A stretch of 64,000 nucleotides of DNA from an uncultured delta proteobacterium (GCA_963808235.1 CAWEEQ010000004.1:1216001-1280000), one strand, 5' to 3'; shown: positions 47,440 through 57,914, numbered from the stretch's first letter. Notes: generated by a model from the sequence alone, not told the origin. Translations and numbers: made by a program.

Positions 47440-48786
47440 TCAGTGCCCCGCCGACTGGAGCGCTTCGGGCTGGAAGAAAGCGTTGTCCACCGTGCCCATG
47501 TCGATATACCAGCATTCGCGATCGGGAGCGGTCGCGCCCGGCATGTAGACCACCGAACTGAAGCCGGTATCGAGATCCTCATCGACCAGCCCCAGCTGGA
47601 AAATCCGTTTATACGGATATATGGCGATCCTCGCGTCGGGGACCGGGCGATCGCGATATGTATTGAAGGTCGCAAGAGTCTTCCAGAGTTTCCCGTCGCG
47701 GTCGTACTGATCGGAGGCGGTAATGAACCAGCCTTCGGAATCGATGTAGAAAATCCGCCGGGGAATGGTCGCATCGATGCCCGGCTTCGCGTCGGCCTGG
47801 ATCACGTAGAGATGGCGCATCTCCCAATTCTCCGGGCAAATCGTTTTGCCGCCATCGTACGGACACTGCATTTCCGGTGAATGCTCGGCATGTACCACCG
47901 CGAGCATCTGGTTTTCACCCAGGAACCGGTAGTTGAAATCCTCGACCTTCGCCGAGAATCCGAAGTACGAATCCGGGTCGAGCGTGTTTGCAAATGCGGA
48001 CCCTGACGACCCCAATCCGCCCGCGCCCCGTCCGGGGCCGCCTCCGCCGCCGCCGGTGAAGCCGGGCAGTGCGCCAATCGCGTCAGACAGCACCGCGGCT
48101 GATTGCCGCCGCAGCTTGCGCGACTGCGGATTGAAGACCCAGACGTTGTCCTCGATGTTCGGATCGATGTGCCGTAGCCGCACCAATCCATAACCGCGCA
48201 ACGACGACGGCTCAAGGAACGGGTAGAAGCCGAAGCGATAGCGCACGCCGCTCGCGGCGGCGTTGGGATCGGTGGGTATCGGAGGCACTTCGATTCGTCC
48301 GATATTATTGTAGAAAGCAAAATGCCCGACCGTGAAGTAGCTCAGCGGCTCGCCCTTGCTGTTCTTGTCGAAGCTGGCAATTTCGGGATAGCGCATGTCG
48401 ATGTCGTCGCTGTAAAGCGGCCGGTAGCTGAAATTCCACATGATCTTGGTCGCAACCTGGGGGTCGTTAGGATCGACCAGTGGAAACGGCTGTCCTGCGA
48501 TGTAATTTTTAAGCGTGCCGTCGGGCAGAAGTTGCACCTGCGGCGAATATTTCTCGGTAGCGGTCTTGAACGGCGGCGGCCACTCGAGCTTGTCGCTCGG
48601 CACGATCCGCATCTGCATCCCCTGCTGCACCAGTATGTAATTGCCGGGGCTCACCAGGTTGGCCACCCTGGCCGCGTTGTCCCTCGTGATCACGTCCCCG
48701 GGTTTGACCTGGGCGCGTGCCGATCCGAGGCATACCAGCGCTGCCACGAATAACGTGCCTGCAACGATCCGCCGTGATGAGAGCAT
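47440..48786 (-). CDS. DUF1329 family secreted protein
   Basis: Signal peptide; VKPGDVIT, GQPFP...KIMWN, WVFNPQSRKLRR, YIDSE, YDRDGKLWK. Confidence 0.82.
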   Translation of the reverse strand: MLSSRRIVAGTLFVAALVCLGSARAQVKPGDVITRDNAARVANLVSPGNYILVQQGMQMRIVPSDKLEWPPPFKTATEKYSPQVQLLPDGTLKNYIAGQPFPLVDPNDPQVATKIMWNFSYRPLYSDDIDMRYPEIASFDKNSKGEPLSYFTVGHFAFYNNIGRIEVPPIPTDPNAAASGVRYRFGFYPFLEPSSLRGYGLVRLRHIDPNIEDNVWVFNPQSRKLRRQSAAVLSDAIGALPGFTGGGGGGPGRGAGGLGSSGSAFANTLDPDSYFGFSAKVEDFNYRFLGENQMLAVVHAEHSPEMQCPYDGGKTICPENWEMRHLYVIQADAKPGIDATIPRRIFYIDSEGWFITASDQYDRDGKLWKTLATFNTYRDRPVPDARIAIYPYKRIFQLGLVDEDLDTGFSSVVYMPGATAPDRECWYIDMGTVDNAFFQPEALQSAGH

Positions 48787-48988
48787 GGATTACTCCGGGT
48801 TTCGCGGCGTCACGTTCGGCCGCGTCTCTAGTTTCCGCACTGGATGCGGCGTTGGCATTTGCGTCGAATTTGGAACGACGATTTTTGCCACCTTACAACA
48901 GTTAGGTTCGGGCGACAATGTCTCCTTGCTTGATTGCGGGCGGTCTACCTATGATCGGATCTGCAAGGAGCAAAAGAAGTCTCATCCT

Positions 48989-49447
48989 ATGAAAACATCT
49001 AACTACAGAATCACGCTTTCGATCGCTGCGACCTTGTCGATCGCAGTTCTCATGCTCGCCGCTGTCGGGACTGCGCATGCGCAATTCCGCGCGATGGGGA
49101 TGCCGATTCCCACCACGCTGGTGATCACGAAGCCCGCGCCTGGGCAGATTTTCGGTGATGCGCAAACCGTCACGATGGGTGTGAACGGAAAGAGCTACAA
49201 GTTCGGATTGAAAGACGCCTACGTCGACGATCCACGGGGCAAGATCCGTTGGCCGGATGTCTGGCAGCTCGTGCGTCAGTTCAATCCGAATTTCAAGGTC
49301 ACCGGAATCGGCGAGGACACCTTCGAGAAAATACAACCGGGCCAGACCATGACCGTAAAGGGCATGTTCACACCGCTGGGTCAGAACTTTGAAGTAGTTG
49401 GAACGGAAGAGGGCGCCGGCCAGTTCGCTCCCGCGCAGCACTACTAG
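48989..49447 (+). CDS. hypothetical secreted protein
   Basis: Signal peptide ending AHA-Q; beta-rich mature part; ATG at 48989. Confidence 0.7.
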   Translation: MKTSNYRITLSIAATLSIAVLMLAAVGTAHAQFRAMGMPIPTTLVITKPAPGQIFGDAQTVTMGVNGKSYKFGLKDAYVDDPRGKIRWPDVWQLVRQFNPNFKVTGIGEDTFEKIQPGQTMTVKGMFTPLGQNFEVVGTEEGAGQFAPAQHY

Positions 49448-49462
49448 TTCCCGATGTGAGCG

Positions 49463-50209
49463 CTAACGGTCTATTCGCGCAGACTGGATGACGCGGTTGA
49501 TTTCGGCCTGCGACACGCAGCCGACGCTCCCCGCGCCCTTGCACGGAAAGGTGAACTCGAGGCGCGCATGGTCTGAATATAGCTCGTCGACTATTTCGGA
49601 CGGCCGGGCTTGCGGGTTTCCATATTGGAATCCCTGAAAATTCTTCGTCTGAATAAAATAGATTCCCGACTCCGCATCGCGCGACATGACTGGCTTGAAA
49701 AACAACAGCACCATGGACAGAGCGGCTTCTTTCCGCGATGAGAAAATCGAGATCTTGCCGGGGGTCATCTCAAGAGCAGCGCGGGTGAAAGCGTAATCGG
49801 AGTGTAGGGGATCCTCACCATAGAGAATTCTCAGCTTTCTCATGGTTTCTGCATCGAGCTTTTGGCCGAATATTGGCAATGCATTAACGCGCTCGTTGGC
49901 TGGACTCGTCACTAAAACGATGCGCCGTCCCGAATGAAAGGCGATAAATTGCCACGTTCCAGTCCCCACGCGGTGAGTTTTCTGCTCGTCCAGATCGTTC
50001 CACGGAACCTCGAACTCACATCCGAGATAGGAAAGGTTTCGGCCCGGTGATTCAGAAACGGAAGTGTCCGCCAGTTGGACAGGAACCGCCCACATCGCGG
50101 GAGACTTCCAGGCGAAATAATGCTCTTCCAATACGATCGCGGTTTGAACGCCGAAGAACCACAAGTATAGGGCGGCGAGTACGAACCAAATCAGGATGCG
50201 GCGAAGCAT
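49463..50209 (-). CDS. hypothetical membrane-anchored protein
   Basis: MLRRILIWFVLAALYLWFFG N-terminal TM, then a soluble domain; fills the gap. Confidence 0.65.
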   Translation of the reverse strand: MLRRILIWFVLAALYLWFFGVQTAIVLEEHYFAWKSPAMWAVPVQLADTSVSESPGRNLSYLGCEFEVPWNDLDEQKTHRVGTGTWQFIAFHSGRRIVLVTSPANERVNALPIFGQKLDAETMRKLRILYGEDPLHSDYAFTRAALEMTPGKISIFSSRKEAALSMVLLFFKPVMSRDAESGIYFIQTKNFQGFQYGNPQARPSEIVDELYSDHARLEFTFPCKGAGSVGCVSQAEINRVIQSARIDR

Positions 50210-50237
50210 TACTAATTTGCTATACGGGCGGTGTCGG

Positions 50238-50732
50238 CTAGCTACCCATGATCGCGGCGAGTTCGCGGCTGCGAAAGTCGAAGATATCGCCCAGGCTCCG
50301 CGCGACGAACAGGTAATGCGCGAGATCGCCGAGCGGGCCGAGCGGCATCGCATACTCGACGCGATCCTTCACCTCAGTTTTGCCACCGCCGAGATCCCTG
50401 AACGAGTGGCTATGCCGCCATAGCGCGTACGGGCCTTTCACCTGAACGTCGACAAATTTTCGCGGCGGCTCGACGACCTCGATTTGCGTCCGCCAATGTA
50501 CCGGCACGCCGTAGAGAATGATCTGGTAGTCGATCTCCACTCCGGGCTGAACGACTTCGGGCGGAGTCGAGAGAAACTTGAATTTCAGAAGCGGCGGTGT
50601 CAGCCGCTGCAAGTTGCGGGGATTGGAGAAAAACCTGAAGGTTTCGGCCGGACTGCGAGGAACAATCTGGATGCGTTCGAGGACTCGAACTTTCATGCGT
50701 TCGAGAGTAGCGGAATCCTGAAACTGAGACAT
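50238..50732 (-). CDS. SRPBCC (START-like) family protein
   Basis: FFSNPRNLQRLTPP, FVDVQVKGPYALWRHSHSF, IFDFR. Confidence 0.88.
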   Translation of the reverse strand: MSQFQDSATLERMKVRVLERIQIVPRSPAETFRFFSNPRNLQRLTPPLLKFKFLSTPPEVVQPGVEIDYQIILYGVPVHWRTQIEVVEPPRKFVDVQVKGPYALWRHSHSFRDLGGGKTEVKDRVEYAMPLGPLGDLAHYLFVARSLGDIFDFRSRELAAIMGS

Positions 50733-50826
50733 CGAAGCGTGCGCAGAGGCACAAGTTGTGCCGCCATCCGCCGGTAGTGTACTTTTGAAGGCTCAATCCG
50801 CAAATGAGCTGGTCAAAAATCTCTGC

Positions 50827-52524
50827 ATGAAAAAACTCACGGGAGCACAAATCGTGATCGAGAGCCTGATTGCCGAAGGCGTTGACGTAATCTTCGGCTA
50901 CCCCGGCGGCGCTATTTTGCCCACTTACGACGCGCTCCTCGACTCGAAAATCAAGCACGTTCTCGTCCGTCACGAGCAAGGCGCCACCCACATGGCCGAA
51001 GGCTATGCCCGCGTCAGCGGACGGCCCGGCGTCGTCATCGTCACCTCGGGCCCGGGCGCCACCAATACCGTCACCGGCATCGCCGACGCTTACATGGATT
51101 CCACGCCGATGGTCGTACTGTCGGGGCAGGTGCCGACTACGATGATCGGCAACGACGCTTTTCAGGAAGCCGACTTCGTCGGGATAACGCGGCCCTGCAC
51201 CAAGCACAATTTCCTGGTCAAGAACGTCAAAGACATCGCGCGGATAATCAAGGAAGCATTCTACATCGCCGGCAGCGGGCGTCCGGGGCCGGTGGTGGTC
51301 GATTTGCCCAAGGATGTGCAGCAGGCCGAGCACGTTTTTAAGTATCCCGACAAAATCGATCTGCGCGGATATAAGCCGACGATTCGCGGAAATCCGCGCC
51401 AGATCGAACGCGCGATCGAGGCTATAGAAAAAAGTTCGACCCCGCTTTTCTATGTCGGCGGCGGAGTACAATGGTCGGGCGCCGCGTCCGAGCTGCGCGA
51501 ACTGATCAGAGGACTCGGGATTCCGGTAACCGAAACCTTGATGGGCCTTGGATCCTTTCCGGCTTCCGATCCGCTGCGGCTCGGGATGCTGGGGATGCAC
51601 GGCTCGTACGGCACCAACACCGCGGTCTGCAACACCGACTGCCTGATCTCGGTCGGTGCGCGTTTCGACGATCGCGTCACCGGCAAGATTTCAGAGTTCG
51701 CTCCGAAGGCCGAGACGATTATCCATATAGATATCGATCCGTCATCGATTTCGAAGAACGTCAAGGTCGATATACCTATTGTCGGAGATATCAAGTCGGT
51801 GCTCACCGAGATGCTCACTACGATCAAGGGCCGCGAGAGTATGGGCAAGCGGCGCGCCGAGTGGGCGAAGTGGCATCAGCAGATCCTCAAGTGGCAGAAG
51901 GAAAAGCCGCTCTACGAAAACGGCAACCGTGGCGAGAGCGTCTCTCCGCTCGACGTGATAGCGGAAATGCACAATCTCACTAAGGGCGACTGCATAATAG
52001 CTACTGACGTCGGGCAGCATCAGATGTGGGTAGCGCAGATGTTTCCCTTCGAGAATCCGCGCTCGTGGCTGACTTCGGGCGGACTCGGCACGATGGGCTA
52101 CGGGCTGCCGGCCGGAATCGGTGCGACGTTTGCCGCGCCGGACAAGAAAGTCGTCGTGGTTTCCGGCGACGGATCGATCCAGATGAACATCCAGGAGCTT
52201 GGCACTGCGGTTCAGTACAATGTCGATATCAAGGTGATCATCCTGAACAATTATTTTCTCGGGATGGTCCGCCAGTGGCAGGAGAAGTTCTACGCCGAGC
52301 GATATTCATACTCCGCGATGTCGGTGCCGAATTTCGTCAAGCTTGCCGACGCGTACGGCGCCCGCGGCTTTCGGATTGAAAAATCGAAAGACCTCGTTGC
52401 CACGATGAAGGAAGCTTTCGCCACGCCGGGGCCGGTGCTGATCGACGTCGTGATCCCGAAGGAAGAGGCGGTGATGCCGATGATTCCGCCGGGCGGCGCG
52501 ATGTCCGAAATGCTGTTTGCCTAG
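50827..52524 (+). CDS. ilvB: acetolactate synthase large subunit, biosynthetic type
   Basis: IFGYPGG, RHEQGA, TSGPGATN, GMLGMHG, RFDDRVTG, DVGQHQM, GDGSIQMN, LGMVRQWQ. Confidence 0.95.
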   Translation: MKKLTGAQIVIESLIAEGVDVIFGYPGGAILPTYDALLDSKIKHVLVRHEQGATHMAEGYARVSGRPGVVIVTSGPGATNTVTGIADAYMDSTPMVVLSGQVPTTMIGNDAFQEADFVGITRPCTKHNFLVKNVKDIARIIKEAFYIAGSGRPGPVVVDLPKDVQQAEHVFKYPDKIDLRGYKPTIRGNPRQIERAIEAIEKSSTPLFYVGGGVQWSGAASELRELIRGLGIPVTETLMGLGSFPASDPLRLGMLGMHGSYGTNTAVCNTDCLISVGARFDDRVTGKISEFAPKAETIIHIDIDPSSISKNVKVDIPIVGDIKSVLTEMLTTIKGRESMGKRRAEWAKWHQQILKWQKEKPLYENGNRGESVSPLDVIAEMHNLTKGDCIIATDVGQHQMWVAQMFPFENPRSWLTSGGLGTMGYGLPAGIGATFAAPDKKVVVVSGDGSIQMNIQELGTAVQYNVDIKVIILNNYFLGMVRQWQEKFYAERYSYSAMSVPNFVKLADAYGARGFRIEKSKDLVATMKEAFATPGPVLIDVVIPKEEAVMPMIPPGGAMSEMLFA

Positions 52525-52673
52525 ACTCAGCTCCAGTCAAAATTACCGACGCGGTCTGCCCGCCTCGCGTCCCGTTCACGAAGGAACTGATTGGCGCTCG
52601 CAGTAGTGTCAATTCTCGCGCGTCGATACACCGGTACCGATCTTGCTGTTTCGACCAGATAAAGGTCATCAAG

Positions 52674-54320
52674 ATGGGAACGGCGCTCGATACCTCGAAT
52701 CGGATGGAAAACACCGAGTCTGTCCACAGTCCGCCGCCGCGCGGGTCGCGCGCCGCCAACTGGGTATTCGGCACGATCGCGGCGATCATCCTTTTGATCT
52801 TTGTCGTCTCCTTCTTTCTCGATTCGATGGTCCGGACGCGCGTGATGGCGCAGATGAATTCGAACCTGGTCGGCTATCACACGAATCTGAGTCGTGCTCA
52901 TGTTCAGTTGCTGAACGGATCGCTGACGCTGTTCGGCCTGATCGTCATCCAGGATACCCATCCGAAACCGCCGGTAGCCGATATCCCGAAGATGGGGTTT
53001 CACATTCAGTGGCGTGAGATTTTTTCCGGCCGCGTGGTCGCCGATCTGTTGCTCACTCATCCGCACGTACATATCAATCTCATCCAATTGCGAGCGGAGA
53101 AAGCGAGTTCAATACCGCTTACCGAAAAGGGATGGCAGGACGCGATTCAGGCCGTGTACCCATTCAAGATTAACCTGTTCCGAATTCGCGACGGCGAGTT
53201 TACCTATATCGATACCGACCCCGAGCGGCCGCTCCATCTGACGGACCTTTCGTTCCGCGCCGATAACATTCGCAATATTCACTACCGTGACCAGGAATAT
53301 CCATCGCCGTTCCATGCGGAGTCGGTTGTATTTGAGAAAGGGCGAATGACTATTGATGGAAAAGGGAACTTTCTCGAAAAGCCGCTGCCCGGATTGCTGG
53401 CCCAATACTGGGTGGAGAATATACCGCTGAAGGAATTCGAGCCGGAGCTTCAACGCGCGAACTTCCACGTCTACGGCGGTACCTTCACGAGCAAAGGCCA
53501 GATGGAATACAACCGGCAAATCAGAAGATACGAAGTAGACGAAGCCACCGCCGACGGCGTCCATCTCGACTACGTCCACACCTCGCAGACCGCAAGCGCC
53601 GAAACGCAGCGGATGAACATCGTCAAGACCACCGCCGCCAAGGTCACCAACGCGCCGGACACCGTATTGGACGTTCACCAGGTGAGTCTTGTGCACAGTG
53701 AATTGAAGTTCATCGACGACGCGTCGAATCCGCACTTCAAACTTGCGGTGACCAACCTGAATCTCAAGGCCAGAAACCTTTCCAACCATCTGAGCACCGG
53801 TCCGGCCAATCTGAGCTTGACCGGCAAGCTGATGGGCTCGGGCGATACTACGATGACTGGAGTTTTGCGGCCGGAAAAAAACGGTCCCGATTTCAATTTC
53901 GATCTGACCAGCGTCAATACCGATCTGACGTCGCTGAACGATTTTCTGCGCGCCTATGGAAAATTCGACGTGGCGTCTGGGCACGTCTCGATCTACACCC
54001 AGATGTCGATGAAGAATCACTATATGACCGGCTACGTGAAGCCGATCTTCACCGACGTAAAAGTCTATGACCCGCAAAAGGACAAGAAGAAACCCATCCT
54101 TCACCAGGCGTACGAAATGGTCCTGGGCGGCGCGGCCAAGCTTCTGAAGAATCGATCGACAGAGCAGGTCGCCACCAAAGTCGATATCTCCGGCCCGGTC
54201 AACACTCCAAATATCAGCGTATGGCAGGCTATCGGGCAGTTCATTGAGAACGCGTTCGTCAAGGCGATCGTTCCCGGCTACGACCATGAAGTGAGCCAGT
54301 CCCGCGCCGCGAAGACCTAG
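52674..54320 (+). CDS. DUF748/AsmA-like domain protein
   Basis: N-terminal TM, repeated beta-taco-like segments, GYVKPIF, ATKVDISG, NAFVKAI. Confidence 0.78.
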   Translation: MGTALDTSNRMENTESVHSPPPRGSRAANWVFGTIAAIILLIFVVSFFLDSMVRTRVMAQMNSNLVGYHTNLSRAHVQLLNGSLTLFGLIVIQDTHPKPPVADIPKMGFHIQWREIFSGRVVADLLLTHPHVHINLIQLRAEKASSIPLTEKGWQDAIQAVYPFKINLFRIRDGEFTYIDTDPERPLHLTDLSFRADNIRNIHYRDQEYPSPFHAESVVFEKGRMTIDGKGNFLEKPLPGLLAQYWVENIPLKEFEPELQRANFHVYGGTFTSKGQMEYNRQIRRYEVDEATADGVHLDYVHTSQTASAETQRMNIVKTTAAKVTNAPDTVLDVHQVSLVHSELKFIDDASNPHFKLAVTNLNLKARNLSNHLSTGPANLSLTGKLMGSGDTTMTGVLRPEKNGPDFNFDLTSVNTDLTSLNDFLRAYGKFDVASGHVSIYTQMSMKNHYMTGYVKPIFTDVKVYDPQKDKKKPILHQAYEMVLGGAAKLLKNRSTEQVATKVDISGPVNTPNISVWQAIGQFIENAFVKAIVPGYDHEVSQSRAAKT

Positions 54321-54398
54321 CTGTCCGTCTCTTGCCCAACTCGCACCGCCTCATTTAGTGTCGCCGCAGGATCATCTTCATCTCAAGGAGGCACCCTG

Positions 54399-54944
54399 AT
54401 GGCGGCGCGCGTTCCGTATTTGAATCGTGACGATCTCCCCGAAGCAGACCGCGTGATCTTCGATAATCTGGCGGCAGAGCGCGGCGGAACAGTCGGTAAT
54501 ATCTTTCGCACGCTGGCGCATACGCCGAATCTGCTGAGGCGGTTCCTTGGGCTCGGCGGAGAGCTGCGCAACAAGACCGCGCTCGACCCAAAGCTCCGCG
54601 AACTCGCGATCGTAACCGTCGGCCGTCTAACCGATGCGCAATACGAGTTTGTGCATCATTGGAATATCGCGCGGCGGGTCGGCGTCACACGCGAGCAGCT
54701 CGAGGCGCTCGCCGACTTCGAGAAGTCTCCGCATTTCAGCAACGATGAGCGCGCCGTTATTCGCTATGCGGTCGAAGCGACCAACAATGTGCGCGTGAGC
54801 GATGCGACCTGGAACGCACTCAAGTCATTTCTCGACACGCGACGAATCATGGAGCTGGTACAGAATGTCGCCTTCTACAACATGGTCGTGCGCGTACTGG
54901 TCCCAGTTGGCGTCGAACTAGAACCCGGCACGGTCAAGCAGTGA
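54399..54944 (+). CDS. carboxymuconolactone decarboxylase/AhpD-like family protein
   Basis: NIFRTLAHTP, LDPKLRELAI, YEFVHH, AFYNMV; AGGAGG RBS. Confidence 0.88.
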   Translation: MAARVPYLNRDDLPEADRVIFDNLAAERGGTVGNIFRTLAHTPNLLRRFLGLGGELRNKTALDPKLRELAIVTVGRLTDAQYEFVHHWNIARRVGVTREQLEALADFEKSPHFSNDERAVIRYAVEATNNVRVSDATWNALKSFLDTRRIMELVQNVAFYNMVVRVLVPVGVELEPGTVKQ

Positions 54945-55185
54945 CGAATTGAAGGTAGCGGCGCCGGCAAGGTCTATTCGATCTGCCTCAGCCAGCGCGT
55001 TCGTGCAGTCGCGTGCGTCGACGGGAATCTCTTACGATTGATCTTTCTCCACCCGGATCACGATTCCAAGTATGAGCGCAGATGAGCTGTGGGACATGCC
55101 TCTTTCGATTTGACTTGACGCTCAGTTCGGTGCGAACTTCCGAAAGCCAAGCTGATTTGCGCTTCAGCTGCCTGGAGGTTGGGCC

Positions 55186-56880
55186 ATGACGGAGTTCGAC
55201 CTTGTCATTCGCGATGGAATGATCGTCGACGGAACCCGGATGCCGCGATTTCGTGGCGATGTCGGCGTCAAGGACGGCCGTATCGCGCGCATCGGGCGGC
55301 TCCGCTCCACCGATGCTGCCGAGACGATCGACGCGTCGGGCATGATTGTCGCTCCCGGATTTGTCGATCTGCATACCCATTACGACGCGCAACTCTTTTG
55401 GGATCCGTACTGCTCGATCTCGAGCTGGCACGGCGTCACCTCGGTGGTCATCGGTAATTGTGGATTCGGCTTCGCGCCTGTGCATCCTGAGGGCCGCGAG
55501 CGCGCGATGCTCACGATGACCCGCGTCGAGGCGATCCCTTACGCCTCGATGAAGGCCGGGATGCCGTGGGACTGGACCACCTTTCCGGAATTTCTCGACA
55601 GCGTCGATCGCCGACCCAAGGCGGTGAACGTTCTTCCATACGTTCCAGTATCGCCGCTGCTGACTTGGGTGATGGGCTTGGAAGCGGCCAAATCCCGTCC
55701 GCCGACCGAAGAGGAGACGCGCGAGATTTGCCGGCTCTTCGACGAAGCGATGGATGCGGGCGCCTGCGGATGGTCCGCGCAGCGGCTCGATCCAAAAGGC
55801 CCGGCTTGTGTGCAGCGCGACTTCGACGGCACGCCGATGGTCTCCGATCTGATGGCCGACGAGACGTGCCTCGCCCTCGCGCGAGTGCTCGGACGGCGTA
55901 ACGAGGGCTTCATACAGATGACGCTGGTCAGCGCAGATCCGATGCACGACCTCAATCACTTCGAGCAGCTCGCCGGGTTGAGTGGACGGCCGGTGCTGTA
56001 CAATGTGGTGCAGCCGCGCGATTCGCATCCACAGATACATCGCGGGCAAATCCAGTGGCTCGAGAGTTGCCGCCAGCGCGGGTTGCGCGTGTATGGGCAG
56101 GCCGTCACCAGCGACACGGGGATGGCGTTCACATTTGTGGATTGGAACCTGTTCGACGAATCCCAGCCGTGGTGCGACGCGACCACGGGCACCGGGGCTG
56201 AGCGCAAGTCGAAACTCGCAGATCCATCGCGCCGCCACGCGCTCAAGATGCGCCTGCCGCGAGTCATAACCGACGAATTCGATCAAATCTATGTCACCCA
56301 GATCGCGCGCGACGACATGAAGGAGTACGAAGGTCTCACCTTGCGCGAATTCGGCGAGCGTACCGGAAAGCATCCGGTGGATGCGATGCTGGATCTGGCG
56401 GTCGCCGACGATCTTCGCACCGAGTTCTACGCGCCCGGCCCCAACCAGAACATGGACTACATGAAGGAGATGCTCGACTACCCGTACTTGATTCCGGGCG
56501 TCTCCGACGGCGGGGCGCATACCAAGTTTTTCACAGGCGGGCAGTATCCGACCGAATTCCTCGCGGGCCTGGTGCGCGACCGCCAGATGCTGAGTCTCGA
56601 GGACGCGCACTGGCGGCTCAGCGCTCTCCCCGCGCTATGCGCGGGTTTCCGCGATCGCGGAGTGATCCGCGAGAATGCACCTGCCGATATCGTAGTCTAC
56701 GACTACGAAAAACTCGCGATGCGTCCCGTCGAGATCGCGCACGATCTGCCGGGCGGCGAATGGCGCCGAGTCCGCAAAGCGGATGGCTACGAGCACATAC
56801 TGGTCAACGGCGAAGTCACAATGCGCGACGGAATCCAGACCGGCGCCTCGCCGGGGCGCTTGCTCCGCCACGGCGCCTGA
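55186..56880 (+). CDS. N-acyl-D-amino-acid deacylase-like amidohydrolase
   Basis: VAPGFVDLHTHYD, HGVTSVVIGNCG, SDGGAH, ADIVVYD; GGAGG RBS. Confidence 0.88.
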   Translation: MTEFDLVIRDGMIVDGTRMPRFRGDVGVKDGRIARIGRLRSTDAAETIDASGMIVAPGFVDLHTHYDAQLFWDPYCSISSWHGVTSVVIGNCGFGFAPVHPEGRERAMLTMTRVEAIPYASMKAGMPWDWTTFPEFLDSVDRRPKAVNVLPYVPVSPLLTWVMGLEAAKSRPPTEEETREICRLFDEAMDAGACGWSAQRLDPKGPACVQRDFDGTPMVSDLMADETCLALARVLGRRNEGFIQMTLVSADPMHDLNHFEQLAGLSGRPVLYNVVQPRDSHPQIHRGQIQWLESCRQRGLRVYGQAVTSDTGMAFTFVDWNLFDESQPWCDATTGTGAERKSKLADPSRRHALKMRLPRVITDEFDQIYVTQIARDDMKEYEGLTLREFGERTGKHPVDAMLDLAVADDLRTEFYAPGPNQNMDYMKEMLDYPYLIPGVSDGGAHTKFFTGGQYPTEFLAGLVRDRQMLSLEDAHWRLSALPALCAGFRDRGVIRENAPADIVVYDYEKLAMRPVEIAHDLPGGEWRRVRKADGYEHILVNGEVTMRDGIQTGASPGRLLRHGA

Positions 56881-56964
56881 GAGAATTCGTGAGGCGTCGA
56901 TGCGATTTGCCTTTTGGGCGCCACGTCGCCTTTTCCCTCCTCTGAACCATAACCGACGTTTCGC

Positions 56965-57336
56965 GTGAAACATTCGCATACGGATTTTTTCGAATTGGGA
57001 ATCGACCTCTTCAATGAGGGCCGCTTCTTCGAGTGCCATGAGGCGTGGGAGGAAATCTGGAAACGCTCGGACGGCGAGGTGAAGCTCTTCTACCAGGGCC
57101 TGATCCAGGCTGCGGTCGCGATTCTGCATGCTCAGCGCGGAAATCTTGAAGGTGCGCGGTCGCTATACGATAAGGCGCGTGCGAAACTCGATTCGGTTCC
57201 CGACGAACACATGGGAATCGCGCTCGGCGAGATGCGCATCGCATTGGCGCAGTTCATCGAGGTTGCAATCAGAGCCGAAGGCAATCCGCTACCTGAACCG
57301 CCGCGGCTCAGACGAATTGGTCCCCAGTGGCACTAA
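56965..57336 (+). CDS. DUF309 domain protein
   Basis: LFNEGRFFECHEAWEEIW, YQGLIQAAVA. Confidence 0.9.
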   Translation: MKHSHTDFFELGIDLFNEGRFFECHEAWEEIWKRSDGEVKLFYQGLIQAAVAILHAQRGNLEGARSLYDKARAKLDSVPDEHMGIALGEMRIALAQFIEVAIRAEGNPLPEPPRLRRIGPQWH

Positions 57337-57341
57337 GTTGC

Positions 57342-57354
57342 AATCAGGTAATTG
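57342..57354 (+). promoter_or_regulatory. putative IHF binding site
   Basis: AATCAGGTAATTG matches WATCARNNNNTTR, in an AT-rich tract upstream of a sigma54-type promoter. Confidence 0.4.
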
Positions 57355-57425
57355 TTTCCGTGGAAAATCGAAAATGTCCTTACGAAATGTTTAGCTGATA
57401 CATAAAAATCCCTTATATTTCTTGG

Positions 57426-57442
57426 CTGGAACGCTTCTTGCT
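57426..57442 (+). promoter_or_regulatory. sigma54 (-24/-12) promoter
   Basis: CTGGAACGCTTCTTGCT versus consensus YTGGCACGRNNNTTGCW, exact GG-N10-GC spacing, just upstream of AGGAGG and the ATG at 57479. Confidence 0.65.
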
Positions 57443-57478
57443 GCCTCTCTTGGCAATGGGCTAAGGAGGCCTGATTTT

Positions 57479-57874
57479 ATGAAGCTATCAACCGGAAAAA
57501 TTGTCCTCGGCGCTACGCTGGCGATTTCTCTCGGTACCTTTACTTGCCTTGCGAGCGCGTCGATCCCGTCGAAGGCGCAGCAGAGCACCGCGGCCTCCAA
57601 GAAGGGCGTAGGCATCCAGCTGGCGCAGGTCACGATGGAGCAGAAAGCAGATGAGAAAGCCGACGAAGTGAAAAACGAAGCCGTCGGTGCGAAGGACTCC
57701 GCAGTCGCGGTGCATCGCGAGCACGAAGCCAATGAGGCCCGGCCGCATACCATGACCGGAAAGATCGACAGCAAGGGCCGTGAAGTTCGCGACGAGGCTA
57801 CTGGCGCCGGCAACGCGGTCGAAGCCGCCCATCAGCAGCACGAAGCGCAGGAACGCAGTGAAGGCCGTGACTAG
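57479..57874 (+). CDS. small secreted hydrophilic repeat protein
   Basis: AGGAGG RBS, signal peptide (ASA-S), two internal repeats of about 38 aa. Confidence 0.8.
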   Translation: MKLSTGKIVLGATLAISLGTFTCLASASIPSKAQQSTAASKKGVGIQLAQVTMEQKADEKADEVKNEAVGAKDSAVAVHREHEANEARPHTMTGKIDSKGREVRDEATGAGNAVEAAHQQHEAQERSEGRD

Positions 57875-57914
57875 AAATCTCGGCTAGCCGCATTGCGCTA
57901 ATCGAGGTAGATCG

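Noticed and set aside
50827-52524. ilvB without adjacent ilvN/ilvC
   Set aside because: Split ilv genes are common; nothing else unusual.
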